A DNA stretch of 64,000 nt from Chiloscyllium plagiosum. Lineage: Eukaryota. Position numbers and translations under genes: made by a program. Each line of letters begins with the position of its first letter. Within the stretch, counting starts at the first letter, position 1. Positions 26,911 through 38,209 of this stretch are shown here, piece after piece. The notes beneath the pieces were generated by a model. That model searched no databases and was not told where the DNA came from. It saw nothing but the letters and a program-made list of their open reading frames with translations. The stretch spans positions 6,580,863-6,644,862 of the forward strand of contig NC_057751.1 in assembly GCF_004010195.1 (NCBI RefSeq). The letters are read 5' to 3'.

Positions 26911-27350
26911 AAGAACAAAGAACAGTACAGCGGTGGACCAGCGTCTTCGGCCCACCGCCCCTGCACTGACACCACCCCTGTACTGACATATGATGCCTTT
27001 TCTAAACTAAAAACCTTTTATCTTAATGTGGTGCATATTCCTCTATTTCCTGCCTGTTCATGTACCTGTCAAGATGCCTCTTAAAATTTGCTGTTGCATC
27101 AATTTCTCCATCTCTTCTGGCAGTGCATACTTGGCACTTTTCACTCTGGATGTGAAAAAAGTTGCCTCTCACATATCCTTTGTAAAATTACCCTCTTTTA
27201 CCTTCAACCTATGTCCTTGAATAATTGATATTTCTACCCTGGGGAAAACGAACTCTGACTATTCGATCCATGCTTCTTGTAACTTTGTAAACCTCTAATA
27301 AGTTGCCTCTCAGCCTCCAATGTTTAAGTGAAAATTGGAATTTGTCCAAT
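26911..27350 (-). mobile_element. CR1 LINE 3' end
   Basis: 'aagaacaaagaacagtacagc...cttcggccc' tail followed by reverse-complement CR1 C-terminal sequence. Confidence 0.7.
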
Positions 27351-27561
27351 AAATCCAACTTAATCACGTGAGCCTCTTGGAGCCATAGGTGACTATATGG
27401 AATTAAACCAGAAAAGTAAATGTTGAGTGGAACCTACCAGACCCTGAACAAGGTGGGCAATGGCAAGTTTGTTGGGAAAATATGGCGAGATCAGAAAAAA
27501 AAATCAGATTCTTGGCATCAAATTCAATTTTACTCTCATGATTTTAACAGTACGATGTACA

Positions 27562-27737
27562 AGTTAGGTGGATTGGCCATGCTAATTTGCCCGTAGTGTT
27601 CAGGGACATGTAAGGTAGGTGCATTAGTCATGGGAAAATGCAGGGTTGTAGGGATTCAATGGGTCTGGGTGGGATGCTCTTCAGAGGGTCAGTGTTGGGC
27701 TGAATGGCCTGTTTCCACACTGTAGGGATTCTATTCT
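27562..27737 (+). mobile_element. HE1 SINE 3' half
   Basis: 'gttaggtggattggccatgctaatttgcccgtagtgtt...ggcctgtttccacactgtagggattcta'. Confidence 0.8.
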
Positions 27738-28171
27738 GCAAAAGTAAGTTAAGAACCTTGCTACTGAGCGATGCACTTGCACGCATTAACATCTAATTGT
27801 TACTTTTACTTGCCTCGTTTGGATGCAGTTTGCTACTTTCTCAGACATTGGAGAGAAAATAGCCGGTGACAGCTCATGACATGAAAGTCTGAGTGATGGG
27901 CAAACCTTCATCCATGGAGGTTGATGTCAGACTTGGATCAATCTCACCACATCAATTGACATATCTCTGACTCACACATAATTCAGTTCACCACTTCCCC
28001 AGTAGTGACACCTTTCATTGTCATGCTCCTGCCAGGCCATTATCTATGCAGGGACAGGCAACCATCAGAGCAGCGTGCATCTCAGGCTCTCAGTTTTCTC
28101 TCTTAGCACTCATTCACTTTAAAAAACTGCAAGATGTTTGAGCAGAAGTTGGCCATTAAATCTATTGAGGT

Positions 28172-29372
28172 GAAAGTGACTGCAAATGCTGGAGATCACT
28201 TTAATAAGGCTGGAAGATTTTGCAGCAGAAGTTGGTGCTGGAAAAGCACAGAAGGTCAGGCAGCATCCAAGGAGCAGGATCCCGACTCAACACTGACATT
28301 TTCTACGAAACCACCGACTCCCATAGCTACCTGGATTACACCTCCTCCCACCCTGCCTCCTGCAAAAATGCCACCCCTTATTCCCAATTCCTCTGCCTCC
28401 ACTGCATCTGCTCCCAGGAGGACCAGTTCCACCACAGAACACACCAGATGGCCTTCTTCTTTAAAGACCGCAATTTCCCTCTCGTGTGGTTGATGATGCC
28501 CTTCAGCGCATCTCATCCACTTCCTGCACCTCCGCCTTCGAACCCCACCCCTCCAAGCGCAACAAGAACAGAAACCCCGCGGTCCTCACCTTCCACCCAC
28601 CAACTTCTCTATACATTGCATCATGATCTGCCATTTCCGCCACCTACAAATGGACACCAGAAGTATATTTCCCTCCTCACCCCTATCCGCTTTCCATAGA
28701 GACCGCTCCCTCCGCGACTACCTCAACAGGTCCACGCACCCCAGCAACCCACCCTCCCATCCCGGCACCTTCCCCTGCCACCATAGAAATTGCAAAACCT
28801 GCACCCACACGTCCCCCCCACCTCCGTCCAAGGCCCCAAAGGAACCTTCCACGTCTATCAAAGTTTCACCTGCACTTCCAAGTCATTTACTTTTTCTATG
28901 CAGTGGGGAGACAGGATGCCTACTCGCATAGCACATCTCTGGGACACCTGCACCAACCAACCCCACCACCTTGTGGCTGAACACTTCAACTGCCCCTCCC
29001 CCTCTGCCGAAGACATGCAGGTCCTGGGCCTCCTCCATCACCACTCCCTTACCACCCAACGTCTGGAGGAGGAACACCTCATCTTCCACCTCAGGACGCT
29101 CCCATCTCTTTATTCCAGTTTCAACCTTCCAGCTCAGCACCCACCCTCATGAGCTGTCCCATCTGTCCCACCTTCCTTCCCACCCTCCCTCTGACCTACA
29201 CCTTTACCCCCACCTCCATCCACTTATTGCACTCTCAGCCAACTTCTCCCTAGCCCCATCCCCCTCCCATTTATCTCTCCACCCCCGAGGCTCCCAGCTT
29301 TATTCCTAATGAAGGGCTTTTGCCTGAAACGTTAATTTCCCTGCTCCTCGATGCTGCCTGACCGGCTGTGCC
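28172..29372 (+). mobile_element. Penelope-like retroelement, 5'-truncated (RT thumb plus GIY-YIG region plus terminal repeat), with an inverted terminal-repeat piece at its 5' end (about 28172-28278)
   Basis: 'TDIFYETTDSHSYLDYTSSHPASCKNATPYSQFL', 'GTFPCHHRNCKTC', 'VAEHFN...QRLEEEHLIFHL'. Hammerhead-like core at 29306-29333 (G5 mutated). Confidence 0.88.
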
Positions 29373-29794
29373 ATTCAGGGAGACAACAGCTAATCTGAGC
29401 ATCCTCAACTCCACTTTCGTGCCTTTTCCCAATAATGTTTGGTTGCCTTCATGATTAAAAACTGTCTTCCTAATTCAGCCTTGAATGTACATAATGACCT
29501 CCAGAGCCCTGTCCAGCAAAGAATTCCACAGATTGACTGACCTCTGAGAGGAGGAATTCCTCCTCGTTTCTGTCTTCAATGAAAGACCAATGTTCAGAGA
29601 TTCATCCTCAGCTCTCCCACAAGGGGAAACAACCTTTCTGTATCTACCCTGACAAATCCCCTTGTGCTTTTTTTTTCAAAGGATACCCACTTTGATGTTG
29701 TATCACTGTTTGGATACTGGCAGTATCTCTGCCTTGCCTTGTTTTTTTTGCACATTGCCCAACCATTCAGAACTTAGAGACTCACAGTACTCAA

Positions 29795-30395
29795 ACAAAA
29801 CAAACAACTGTGGATGCTGGAAAACTGAATCCACAACAAAAATTCCTGGAGAAACTGAGCAGGTTTGGCAGCATCTGTGGAGAGAAAGCAGGGTTAATGT
29901 TTCAAGTTCAGTTCTGAGGAAGGGTCACTGGACTTAAAACGTGAACTCTGCTTTCTCTCCACAGATGAGTGGGCGGCACAGTGGCACAGTGGTTAGCACT
30001 GCTGCCTCACAGCGCCAGAGACCCCAAGTGGGCGGCACGGTGGCACAGTGGTTAGCACTGCTGCCTCATAGCGCCAGAGACCCGGGTTCAATTCCCGCCT
30101 CAGGCGACCGACTGTGTGGAGTTTGCACATTCTCCCCGTGTCTGCGTGGGTTTCCTCCGGGTGCTCCGGTTTCCTCCCACACTCCAAAAATGTGCAGGTT
30201 AGGTGAATTGGCCACGCTAAATTGCCTGTAGTGTTAGGTGCAGGGGTAAATGTAGGGGAATGGGTCTGGGTGGGTGCGCTTCGGCGGGTCGGTGTGGACT
30301 TGTTGGGCCGAAGGGCCTGTTTCCACACTGTAAGTAATCTAATCTAATCTAATGATGCCAGTTCTGCTCAATTTCTCCAGAAATGTCTGTTTTTA
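29795..30395. mobile_element. Palindromic PLE-derived element interrupted by an HE1 SINE
   Basis: Left arm 'ctggagaaactgagcaggtttggcagcatctgtggagagaaagcag'. Core GTT-CTGAGGA-A-GGGTC-ACTG-GACTT-AAAAC-GTG at 29911-29943. The right arm resumes after the SINE at about 30354. Confidence 0.75.
29968..30353 (+). mobile_element. HE1-type SINE with a tandemly duplicated 5' head
   Basis: A 59-bp head at 29968-30026 is repeated from 30027. Box B at 30085-30095, (TAATC)n tail. Confidence 0.93.
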
Positions 30396-30699
30396 GCCCC
30401 ACAGCACTGCTGCCTTGCTTTTTAATGCAGATACAAAGCTAGGCACCCTATTATGTCTGTCAGCAATAATCAGACAAGTGAATGGACATGTTGCTGTATG
30501 ATGCCATGCTACATCAAGGTTACACCTGCAGCATGTGTCACTCAGTTTTACTCAGCAAGCACACTGAATGTGCTTCAACAAATGACCATGACTCAGACAT
30601 AAGTTGAAGGTGAAAGGGGGTAATTTTTTAAAGGAGATGTGAGAGGCAAGTTTTCTTTTACATACAGAGTGATAAGTGACTCAGAGTTTTGGGGGAGTA

Positions 30700-31538
30700 G
30701 TTCTGTGTCAAGTTTAGGTAGACTGTCATCAGTCAGATTGTCCCAACACAATCAAGGACATCATCTGACCTCAACCAAGGGGCTTGGAGATTATCGGTCA
30801 TCTGCTTGGGCCATTCAGGCTCAGTGTTCCTTTTAACTGCACCGGTGCAATTGTTCAATGGTCTGCATATGATGAGTTGCATGCCGAAGAATTTTGCAGC
30901 ATTGACATCTGGTTATAGATTTTGCTCTTGTGCTCTGTGACCTTGGAGATTGGCACTGAAGGAAAGACAATTACCAGAAATGTTAGTCAGGGGTTCCATA
31001 CCATGACAGCACAGGGAGTGTCCAATGGTCAGTCCCGCATGTCCAATGTACTGGTTGGATGTAAGCCAGTCTGGGAGCTTCACCAAGATCAGTCATGGGC
31101 CTGGTCAATCATCAGTCAGGCCTAACATCCCAAGTCAGGCAATGAGCCATGGTCAGATTCGGGAGTCTATTCATTGCAGTATCAATGAATGCTCGAAGGG
31201 ACTAGTGCTGTGATGCATGAGTTGGGGAAGTCAGTTCTGGAGAAAGGAGGCAGTGGGCTGGGATGCAGAAGGGACAGTGAGTGTGACATGTAAAGTTGGA
31301 ATGTGATAATGCATTGGAGGGCACAGGTTACTGGGGGAGGGGAGACTTTCTGAGATAATCATCACGACCCTGGCTCCAATGGGGAGACAGTGCATCTCCA
31401 AGGTTTAAATCAGCTGGAGGCCTGAAGATTTGGGGTAAATTTGAGAGGGTAAAGATATAAGTGAAGATTTGGATGGGAACACTGGGAAGTTCAGAACTGA
31501 TGGATTCAATGAAGAGTACAAGGGAGAAAGTGTTGAGA
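30700..31538 (-). mobile_element. Old L2-like LINE fragment (host of the nested cluster; resumes at about 35730)
   Basis: Minus ORF 31328-31606 includes 'LHLNTFSLVLFIESISS'. The flank at 35740-35770 reads 'CTCTTTATCTTGGTGACAC' on minus (LFILGD, like the L2 endonuclease ILGDFN..HLN motif). Confidence 0.45.
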
Positions 31539-32691
31539 TGTAGAGCTCGAACACCTCTGTTAATTAAAACCAAACACCCAGAAAAGCTCAGCTCGCCTTG
31601 CCTCATAATCTGTTAAAAGTGTGTGAGTGAAAGAGAATTCCTAATTTCCAATATTTAAAGAAAAATAACAATTTATTTTCTGAACACTAGATAAACTATT
31701 AACAAACAGAACACCCTTTTTCTTAACGAATTATTATCTGACCCCAACTCTATAGAAATGCTGCTCCAATGACACAATTATTAAACAGTACATCGAATTA
31801 ATCTCAAGTCCACACAATTTCTGTCTTCTGTGAGGTTTCGAATTTTCCATCTGCTGATACCCTGGGACTTTTTCTTTCTTCTTACTGCGAGTATTTTTAC
31901 AGTAAAAGGTACCTTCTGATAGAGAGTACCTTTTTATATCTTTAAGAACAAGATGTTATTTGGGCAGTCAGCTGGCCGGCACTACGGCAATTGCTCTGCT
32001 GTTTGATGGCAGCTGCTTTGACCAAATGTTCAAAATGCCCTGGTTTTATATCATAGAGTCATCAAGTCCTACAATATGGAGACAGGCTGTTTGGCCCAAA
32101 CTGGTCCATGCCAACTAAAATGCCAACCTACGCTAACACCATTTCCCTACACTTGTCCCATATAATTCTAAACCTCTCCAATCTATGCATTTGCCCAAAT
32201 GTCTTTTAAATGGTCGTAATGTACCCGCCTCAACCACGTCCACATGCAAATCACCCTCTGTGTAAAATGTTGCCCCTCAGATTTCCTTTTATTCTTTCCT
32301 GTCTAACTTTAAACTGATGCCCTCTAATCCTCGATTCCCAAACACTGGAAAAAAGACTGAATGCGTTCACCCTACCCATGCCTCTCATGACCTTATACAC
32401 TTCTATAAGATCGCCCCTAGTCTCCTACACTCTAAAGCAAAAGGTCCTAGCTTGTCCAACTTCTCCCTATGACTCAAACCGTTGAGTCCTGGCAATATCC
32501 TTGTAAATTTCTTCTGCACTGTTTCCAGTTTAATAACATTCTTCCTATAGCAAAATGATTAAAACATAACACAATACTTCAAGTCCGACCTCACCAACAT
32601 CCTGCACAATTGCAACATAACTTCCCACCTTCTATACTCGATGCCCTGATTGATGAAGGCCAGTGTGCCAAAAGTCTTCTTCACTGCCCTA

Positions 32692-33064
32692 CCTGAGAAG
32701 CTGCTGATTAAAGAAATAGCTCCATGCTGATTCTCTATCTTCTGACATCACTCTCCTGCAAGAATCTGTGTTTGAATTTACCTTTTTGCCAAGGGGTGTA
32801 TTATAGGGCATTGCCGGAAATTGGAACAGCTATTTGTTAAGTTGTATTTTTGGGTTAGTTGGGTTTTAAAATAGTTACGTTATTCTAAATTTGGCTTTCT
32901 TTTGTACGTGTGTAAATAAATTCTGTTTTGTTTAAAACTGAGTGGTGGGGCCAGCTGCATCACTCCTGGAATATCCACTATACACCTGCTGAAAACAACT
33001 AGAAAAATTAGGGTCTGGGCTACCTTCTTAAAATGTTTTGAGGGGTCTGGCCTGGTCCACCACA
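32692..33064 (+). mobile_element. 3' half of an LTR related to the 49275-49913 solo LTR
   Basis: 'tgtaaataaattctgttttgtttaaaactg...gcatcactcctggaatatc...aaatgttttgaggggtctggcctggtccaccaca' closely parallels 49759-49913. Confidence 0.75.
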
Positions 33065-34203
33065 CTAACAATGATGCAAAAGTATCAGCCAGGGCTCCCA
33101 CAATTTCTTCTTGCAGCGTTCTTGGATATATCTGGTTAGGACCAGGAGATTTATCAACCTTCATACGTTCAGGTATATCCAACACCTCCTCTACTGTGAT
33201 ATAGATGGTCTCCAACATATGACCACTAACTTCCCCAAGTTCCCAAGACTGCATGTCTTTCTCCACGGTACACACAGAGGAGAAATATTCCTTGAGGACC
33301 TCGCCCAGCTCCTACGTATGCATGTCCACTTTGGTCCCTGAGGGGTCCTATTCTCTCTCTACTCATTCTTCTTCCATTAATATACTTAAAGAAGTTCTTT
33401 GAATTCATCCTAATCTTCTCAGCCAAGGCTATCTCGTGCCCCCTTTTCGCCCACCTGATTTTCTTCTTCAGTCACCTCCTGTATCCACTGTGTATCTCAG
33501 GAATTCCCTTGATCCCAGCTGCCTGTACCTGAGCCATGCCTCCTTCATTTTTCTGGTCAAAGCCTCAACATCTCTTGTCATCCAGGGTTCCCTATTCCTG
33601 CCAACCTTTCCCTTCACCCTTGCAGGAATATACAGAGTTTGAACTCTAGCTACCTTACTTTAAAAGGTCTCCCATGTATCGGAGGTCCCTTTGCCTGCAA
33701 AGAAACTACTCCAATCAACCCCTGCAAGCTCCTGTCTAATTCCATCAAAATTCGCCTTGCTCCAAGTTAGTGCTTGAACATGGGGCCAGTTTTGTCCTTC
33801 TCCATAACTAATTTCAAATGAGTAGAACTATGGTCACTGCTCCCAAAGTGCTCTCCCACCTGTCCTGCCCCATTTCCCAACAATAGGTCGAGTTTTGCCC
33901 CTTCCTGAGTAGTACCCTCTATGTAATGCTTGAGGAAACTTTGCTGAATGCATTTAACAAATTCCATCCCATCTAAGTCCGAAACACTCTGGCAGTCCCA
34001 GTCTATGTTCAGAAAATTAAAATTCCTTACTATGTAAGTCTCCCCAGTCTCTCTGCATATTTGTTCCTTTAATTTCCGTTGACTGTTTGGGAGCCTACAG
34101 TACAACCCCAATTATGTCACCACCCCCTTCTTATTTCTAGCTCCATCACCTTCCACCACCTCTGTCCCGCCCTAAAGCACCAGTACCCTGGCATATTAAG
34201 CTG

Positions 34204-34480
34204 CCAGAGTTTAGATCAGAGTGGTGCTGGAAAAGCACAGCAGGTCAGGCAGCATCCGAGGAGCAGGAAAATCAACGTTTTGGGCAAAAGCCCTTCATCA
34301 GGAATAGAGGCAGGAAGCTCTGTCCACCCGGGTGGCTTCCTTCTTCTGTTCCTGATGAAGGGCTTTTGCCCAAAACGTCGATTTTCCTGCTCCTCGGATG
34401 CTGCCTGACCTGCTGTGCTTTTCCAGCACCACTCTGATCTAAACTCTGGTTTCCAGCATTTGCAGTCCTCACTTTTGCCT
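34204..34480. mobile_element. Young palindromic PLE-derived element with two opposed hammerhead-like cores
   Basis: Near-perfect inverted arms at about 34204-34317 and 34336-34449. Central palindrome ccacccgggtgg at 34324-34335. Flanking duplication 'attaa(g)ctgccag'. Confidence 0.9.
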
Positions 34481-34863
34481 ACTACATTAACTGCCAGTCC
34501 TGTCTCTCCTTTAGCCATGTTTCTGTAATGGCCGTAATATCCCAGTCCCATGTACCTATCCACACGCTGAGTTCATGAGCCTTACCTATCAGCCTTCTTG
34601 CATTGAAATCGATGCAATTTAATCAAATAGATATTCCTTGCTCCATATCATGTTCCAGCCTGACCTGTCTCTTCATTCGACTATTTCTGATCACTGTCTC
34701 TCCTTCCACCTTCACATTTGCCTCCCTGTTGTTGAGGATCCCACCTTTGCCAATCTAGTTTAAACCTTCCCATGTAGCAATAGCAAATCTGGCTGCTAAG
34801 ATATTTGTCCCTCTCCAGTTCAAATGCCGCCCGTCCCGCTTGAACAGGTCACCTCTGCCCCAG

Positions 34864-35047
34864 GATGCAGGAGAGTCGGTTGAAAAGTGTGGCACTGCAA
34901 AAGCACAGCATGTCAGGCAACATCCAAGGAGCAGCAGAGTCAAAGTTTCAGGCATAAGGCTAAAGAGTTTATGCCCAAAACGTCGACTCTGCTGCTCCTT
35001 GGATGCTGCCTGAGCTGCTGTGCTTTTCCAGTGCCACACTTTCCACA
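34864..35047. mobile_element. Palindromic PLE-derived element inserted in CR1 ORF1
   Basis: 'aaagtgtggcactgcaaaagcacagca...catccaaggagcagcagagtc' is inverted against 'gactctgctgctccttggatg...tgctgtgcttttccagtgccacacttt'. Flanked by a direct repeat 'tctgccccag' (34854-34863 and 35048-35057). Confidence 0.85.
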
Positions 35048-37118
35048 TCTGCCCCAGACAACATCCCAATGATGTAAAAATCTGAATCCCTGTCCCCTGC
35101 ACCAATTCTTTAGCCACACATTTATCAGCCTCTTGTTCTTACCCTTACTCATACGTGACACTGGAAGTAATCTGGAGATTACCACTGTTGAGGTCCTGGT
35201 TTTTAAATTTTGTCCGAGCTCTCATTAATCACTGTGCAGGATCTCATCCCCGTTTTTACCTCTGTCATTTGTGCCAACGTGCACAATGATTTCTGGCTGC
35301 TCACTCTCTCCCTTGAGAATGTCCTGCAGCCACTTTGAGATATCCTGGTTCCTGGCACCCTTGAGGCAAATCACCATCCTGGATTACCGTTTACAGCCGC
35401 AGAATCTCCTGTCTGTCCCCGAACTAATCGGCCAACATCGTACCCTCTCATTGGTCTGATGTCGTCAATACAGTAAATTCAAGGGTTTTAGTATCCAAGG
35501 CATAATTTCAATTAATTGGTTAAATTTGGACTGGTGTCAAAACAGCAACTAAAATTCAGGCATCCATTTGACAGCCAACTGTTACAGGTATCCAGAACAG
35601 GTTTTGGAACAGCCTGTCTCTTAGCTGTTCTGTTCTGACAGCTGTGGCTGTACTTTAAATTTACTTTAAAATTCAGAAAACACTTTCTATCTTAAAGTGA
35701 ACATACACTCATTCGACTTCGTAACAAAACTAACTTTGAGGTGTCACCAAGATAAAGAGGCTATGAAGTGCTACCTGTATTGCCTTCCAACCTTATGCAA
35801 ATCACAAGTGTCCAATGAAAATGAGAAATGGCTGCCACCATGCCCAGGGCATGTAGAGTTTTTTGATGTCTGAAGACCCAGGTGACAATTGTGAGCAATG
35901 TGAGGCCCTTCAAGGGGCAAATCCCTGCAGTACTGGTTTGAGATATCTGTAATCATAGAATATTGCATGTGGAACAAACAATATTGACCATGTCATTCGT
36001 CATTACACTTGATGCACTTATTTTGGCTGACAGCATTAAACAGGGACCACACTGAGCTTTAAGTATACCATCAGTAGCATGAATTCCACAGGTCCAGGCA
36101 GTGACACTACATGTGTACATGTGTACATGATAGCAGCATGTTGCAGAAGCATGGTGCAGACATTAGTAAGGTGAGGAGTAGCAAATTGCACAACATAACT
36201 TGCGAAGGCTCATGGAGAGAAACCTTCCACAAGACTCCCTAAAATGTACACTTCTCCAATTTATGGTAAAATTCTGTGCAGATGCTGTGAACAAAGATTG
36301 AATTTTGCCATAATCAGGGAAATCAGACAATAATGAAGGAACACAGTGAGACTAGAGTCAGTATTCTAACATTATGTTGCAATGGGTTTTTGAAGTTTCA
36401 CACACACCTACAACATAGAGAAATGTTCAATAGTAGGAAGCTTATTTTAACTCTGACGGAATTAGTAAACAAACTTGTGGGAGGTGAATAGGCAGATCAA
36501 TAAAATATCCACTGTTCCTTAAAGACCAGACATAAAATTGCCAATAATGCAGCATTATGCACAGACACCAAAGCAGCACCTGAAGGCCAATGATAATAAT
36601 GTTATGTAAAATCATCAAAACAATTCTGAGTTGACTTAATCTTTTTGTGCCTTCAGATAATTACATTGAATGTCATTCAAAGGTAGGCAAGCAAGTCACT
36701 TGTCATGGTCCTTTGTCAATCCGATAGTTATTAATATGTGAAGTCATATCCCATTATAATTATCACTTCTGAAAGAAAGCTTCTTAAAATCATATTGTCC
36801 TAGCTGAGCACTAATTCTCCCTGATTATATTTCTGTGTAATTTATTAGGATTGGCTGCAGTAGTTTAATCACACGCTAATTACGCTTTTTCATTTAGAAC
36901 TGACAAGCTGGCTGAGTTTTAAGAAACTTCAGTAAAGTTTTCCTTGTCGTCTCTACAGAGACGCCTTGATTATTTGTGATTTAAATGTATTTTCTGTTTT
37001 GGCAAATTCAAGTGTTCAGTGAGGGAGAGGTGGGACACTTCACTTGCAGACATTTTCAGATCAAGCGTGGCAGGAGCTCATTACTGTGTAATGTTTCAAC
37101 ATTGGCCTTGGTTACACT

Positions 37119-37500
37119 GTCATAGAGTCATAAAGATGTACAGCACGGAGACAGACCCTTCAGTCCAAACCGTCCATGCCAACCAGATATCCCAACCCAA
37201 TTTAGTCCCACCTGCCAGGACCCAACCATATCCCTCTAAATCCTTCCTATTCATACAACCATATGCCTTTTAAATGTTGCAATTGTACCAACCTCCACCA
37301 CTTCCTCGCAGCTTATTCCACACACGCACCACCCTCTGCGTGAAAAGGTTGCCCTTAAGTCTCTTTTCTATCTTTTCCCTCTCACCTTAAACCTATGCCC
37401 TCCAGCTTTGGACTCTACCACCCCATGGAAAAGACCTTATCTGGTTACCCTATCAATGCCCCTCATGATTTTATGAACCTCTATGAGGTCACCCCTCAGC
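37119..37500 (-). mobile_element. HER1/CR1 3' end
   Basis: Closely similar to 11653-12045. Confidence 0.9.
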
Positions 37501-37589
37501 CCTGTCCTTTATTAAAAGTGACAATCCCACCAGAACACTTAAAACATTCGATAAGTAGTTTAATTAAAACAAAGATCTACTCTGTCACA

Positions 37590-37770
37590 GTAAAAATAGG
37601 CAGTGCTGGAGAAATTCAGCAGGTCTGGCAAAACCGTGATAAGAGAAACGGAATTAGCATTTTGAATCTAATGTGAATCGCCACACATATTGCCAGACCT
37701 GCTGAGTTTCTCAGGTACTTGGTGTTTTTATTTCAGATCTCCAGCATCTGTAGTACTTTGCTTTTATTTG
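37590..37770. mobile_element. Older palindromic PLE-derived element
   Basis: 'gagaaattcagcaggtctggcaa' is inverted against 'ttgccagacctgctgagtttctc'. Tail 'gatctccagcatctgtagtactttgctttta'. Confidence 0.75.
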
Positions 37771-37882
37771 AGTGTTCTACTCAATGATAGTTGTGCTTCC
37801 TTTGTCAACCTGAAGTTCAAGCAAGACAACATAGGCCATATGAGTAAATCACACCTCCAAGATACCTGTCATATTCTGCATA

Positions 37883-37910
37883 CTGAAGAAGGGCTTATGC
37901 CCGAAACGTC
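37883..37910 (+). ncRNA. Minimal type-I hammerhead ribozyme core (all core nucleotides intact; helix I not evident)
   Basis: CTGAAGA-A-GGGC-TTAT-GCCC-GAAA-CG-TC: CUGANGA box, 4-bp helix II, GAAA box, palindromic ACGU helix III, GUC triplet. Confidence 0.65.
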
Positions 37911-37973
37911 GATTCTTCTGTTCCCTGGATGCTGCCTGAGCTGCTGCGCTTTTCCAGCAACACATTTTCAGCC
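37886..37973 (+). mobile_element. 88-bp PLE terminal insertion with a 16-bp target-site duplication
   Basis: Direct repeat catattctgcatactg at 37870-37885 and 37974-37989 flanks the PLE end sequence. Confidence 0.88.
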
Positions 37974-38209
37974 CATATTCTGCATACTGCCTTTTGAACA
38001 GTTTTGAAAATCTTAATTCCTTTCAGCTGCTAGTGCATTTTCACAGTTACACGTGGCAACTAAACATTGAGAGAGTAACTTTCTCTGAGTAGCTTGCCTG
38101 TAGGTGCACATGACTAAGTGCAATTAATCATTCCAAGTGTATAAGGAGTACCAAACAATATCTTAAATATGTCTTGCTCTTCCGTTGCTGGGTATCACAA
38201 ATTAAGTTT

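Larger units (their letters stand above)
32052..35425 (-). mobile_element. Long CR1 LINE: ORF1 esterase C-terminus, ORF2 endonuclease, RT with internal deletion, 3' tail
   Basis: ORF1 SGNH-like 'VVISRLLPV...NVWLKNWCRGQGFRFLHHWD...DLFKRDGRHLNWRGTNIL'. Endonuclease 'GLYCRLPNS...NFNFLNIDW...LDLLLGN...SSDH'. 'KSPGPNQIYPR'. Tail 'catagagtc' at 32052. Confidence 0.9.
31539..35726 (-). mobile_element. LTR-like element split by a CR1 insertion (parts at about 31539-32051 and 35426-35726)
   Basis: Starts TG(TAGAG), ends (CGT)AACA. Both parts are non-CR1 and LTR-like in composition and flank the CR1. No TSD recognised. Confidence 0.45.

Noticed and set aside
36261..36313. 14-bp inverted repeat (ttatggtaaaattc / gaattttgccataa)
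   Set aside because: Short, with one mismatch and AT-rich. It may be adjoining ends of old repeats; there is no support for function.
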